NCBI GenBank assembly: GCA_036689285.1
Contig: CP144782.1
Span: 129,580-193,579 of the forward strand
Source of the DNA: Candidatus Stammera capleta
Lineage (GTDB): Bacteria > Pseudomonadota > Gammaproteobacteria > Enterobacterales > Enterobacteriaceae
Reading direction: 5' to 3'
Length of the DNA: 64,000 bases
Every line of letters starts with the position of its first letter. Positions within the stretch are counted from its first letter, which is position 1. The position numbers and the translations under genes are program-made. Below the pieces are notes generated by a model. That model worked only from the letters and a program-made list of their open reading frames with translations. It had not been told where the DNA came from and made no database searches. Positions 63,416-64,000 of this stretch are shown here, piece after piece.

Positions 63416-63856
63416 ATGAAAATAAAACAAAAAAAAAATTTAAATATATTAACATTAATAAAAATTAAACCATACAAAAAAAAAATTAATGAAAAATATA
63501 TGAATTTAAAACAAATAAAACATTTTAAAAAAATACTTTTTTTAATATATACTAAATTAGTATTAAATATTAAAAAAAATAAAATTTTAATTAAAAATAA
63601 TAAAAAAAAAATTAATTTTCCAAAATTTATAAATAAATTAATACAAGAAGAAAAATTTACAATTAATCTACATAATAAATATAAAAAAAAAAAACTAATT
63701 AATAAAATTATAAATTCTATAAAAAAAATTAAAAAAGGAAATTTTGGATATTGTGAACATTGTAATAATAAAATAGGTATAAAAATATTAGAATCAAAAC
63801 CAACAGAAAATTTATGTATAAATTGTAAAATTTTATATAATATAAAATATAAATAA
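63416..63856 (+). CDS. dksA: RNA polymerase-binding transcription factor DksA
   Basis: EKYMNLKQIKHFKKIL, INFP......IQEEKF.INL.N....KLI.KI..S.KK.....FGYCEHC...IGI..LES.PT..LCI.CK is colinear with E. coli DksA, including the four-Cys zinc finger (CEHC...CINC). Confidence 0.88.
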   Translation: MKIKQKKNLNILTLIKIKPYKKKINEKYMNLKQIKHFKKILFLIYTKLVLNIKKNKILIKNNKKKINFPKFINKLIQEEKFTINLHNKYKKKKLINKIINSIKKIKKGNFGYCEHCNNKIGIKILESKPTENLCINCKILYNIKYK

Positions 63857-63903
63857 AAACAAATTAAAATATAATATAAATATATAAAAATATTTAAATA
63901 AAA

Positions 63904-64000
63904 ATGAAAAAAAAAATACTTTTAGAAAATTTAAATAATAATATTGGTCAATATATTAATATAAATAAAATTATATTTAAAAAAAATACTAAATTTCAAA
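63904..64000 (+). CDS. speE: Probable spermidine synthase, N-terminal 32 codons only (runs off the window)
   Basis: MKKKILLENLNNNIGQYININKIIFKKNTKFQ parallels the E. coli SpeE N-terminus ([27 protein letters not shown]). The match is short, so the call is tentative. Confidence 0.45.
   Translation, partial: MKKKILLENLNNNIGQYININKIIFKKNTKFQ

Overview
This window looks like a dense, syntenic piece of the core genome of an extremely A+T-rich, genome-reduced gammaproteobacterial (Enterobacterales-like) endosymbiont. G+C is well under 20 percent by eye.

The provided ORF track uses the standard code and fragments most long genes. The fragments stay in one frame and are separated only by TGA codons. 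Many of those TGAs sit where E. coli orthologues have a conserved Trp. I therefore read the window with UGA=Trp (translation table 4) and joined the fragments by hand. Start and stop coordinates are hand-derived and could be off by a codon or two.

Read this way, I find 58 protein-coding genes, 4 tRNAs and 3 G/C-containing terminator hairpins, with almost no accessory DNA.

- **E. coli-like gene blocks:** lysS/mutH/ychF, manX(split)YZ, gyrA, pykF, tyrS, eno, truA-rplS-trmD-rpsP, gyrB-dnaN-dnaA, rpmH-rnpA-yidC-mnmE, rluD, ruvX, ldhA, sufBCDSE, murJ, rpmF-rluC/rne, leuS-holA(?), recD-recB-recC, ydjM, thrS-infC-rpmI-rplT-pheS-pheT, ysgA, ybhL, ppa, pmbA, fbaA-pgk, rnz, pfkA, glnS, dksA and the start of speE.
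- **Not found:** I see no CRISPR array, transposase, integrase, prophage, toxin-antitoxin or recognisable defence island, and no clearly novel multi-gene system.
- **Second-look items, all about how a minimal genome has been remodelled:**
  - UGA recoding.
  - ThrRS lacking its whole N-terminal TGS and editing region.
  - LeuRS with degenerate CP1 editing motifs.
  - manX split into separate IIA and IIB genes.
  - RNase E reduced to its catalytic half.
  - DksA with both acidic tip residues replaced.
  - An intact 8.5 kb recCBD cluster, with recF, ptrA, rimM, yidD, lptE, ihfA and sufA excised from otherwise conserved operons.
  - A conserved AUU start for infC.
  - A 556 bp, almost pure A/T spacer upstream of pgk.
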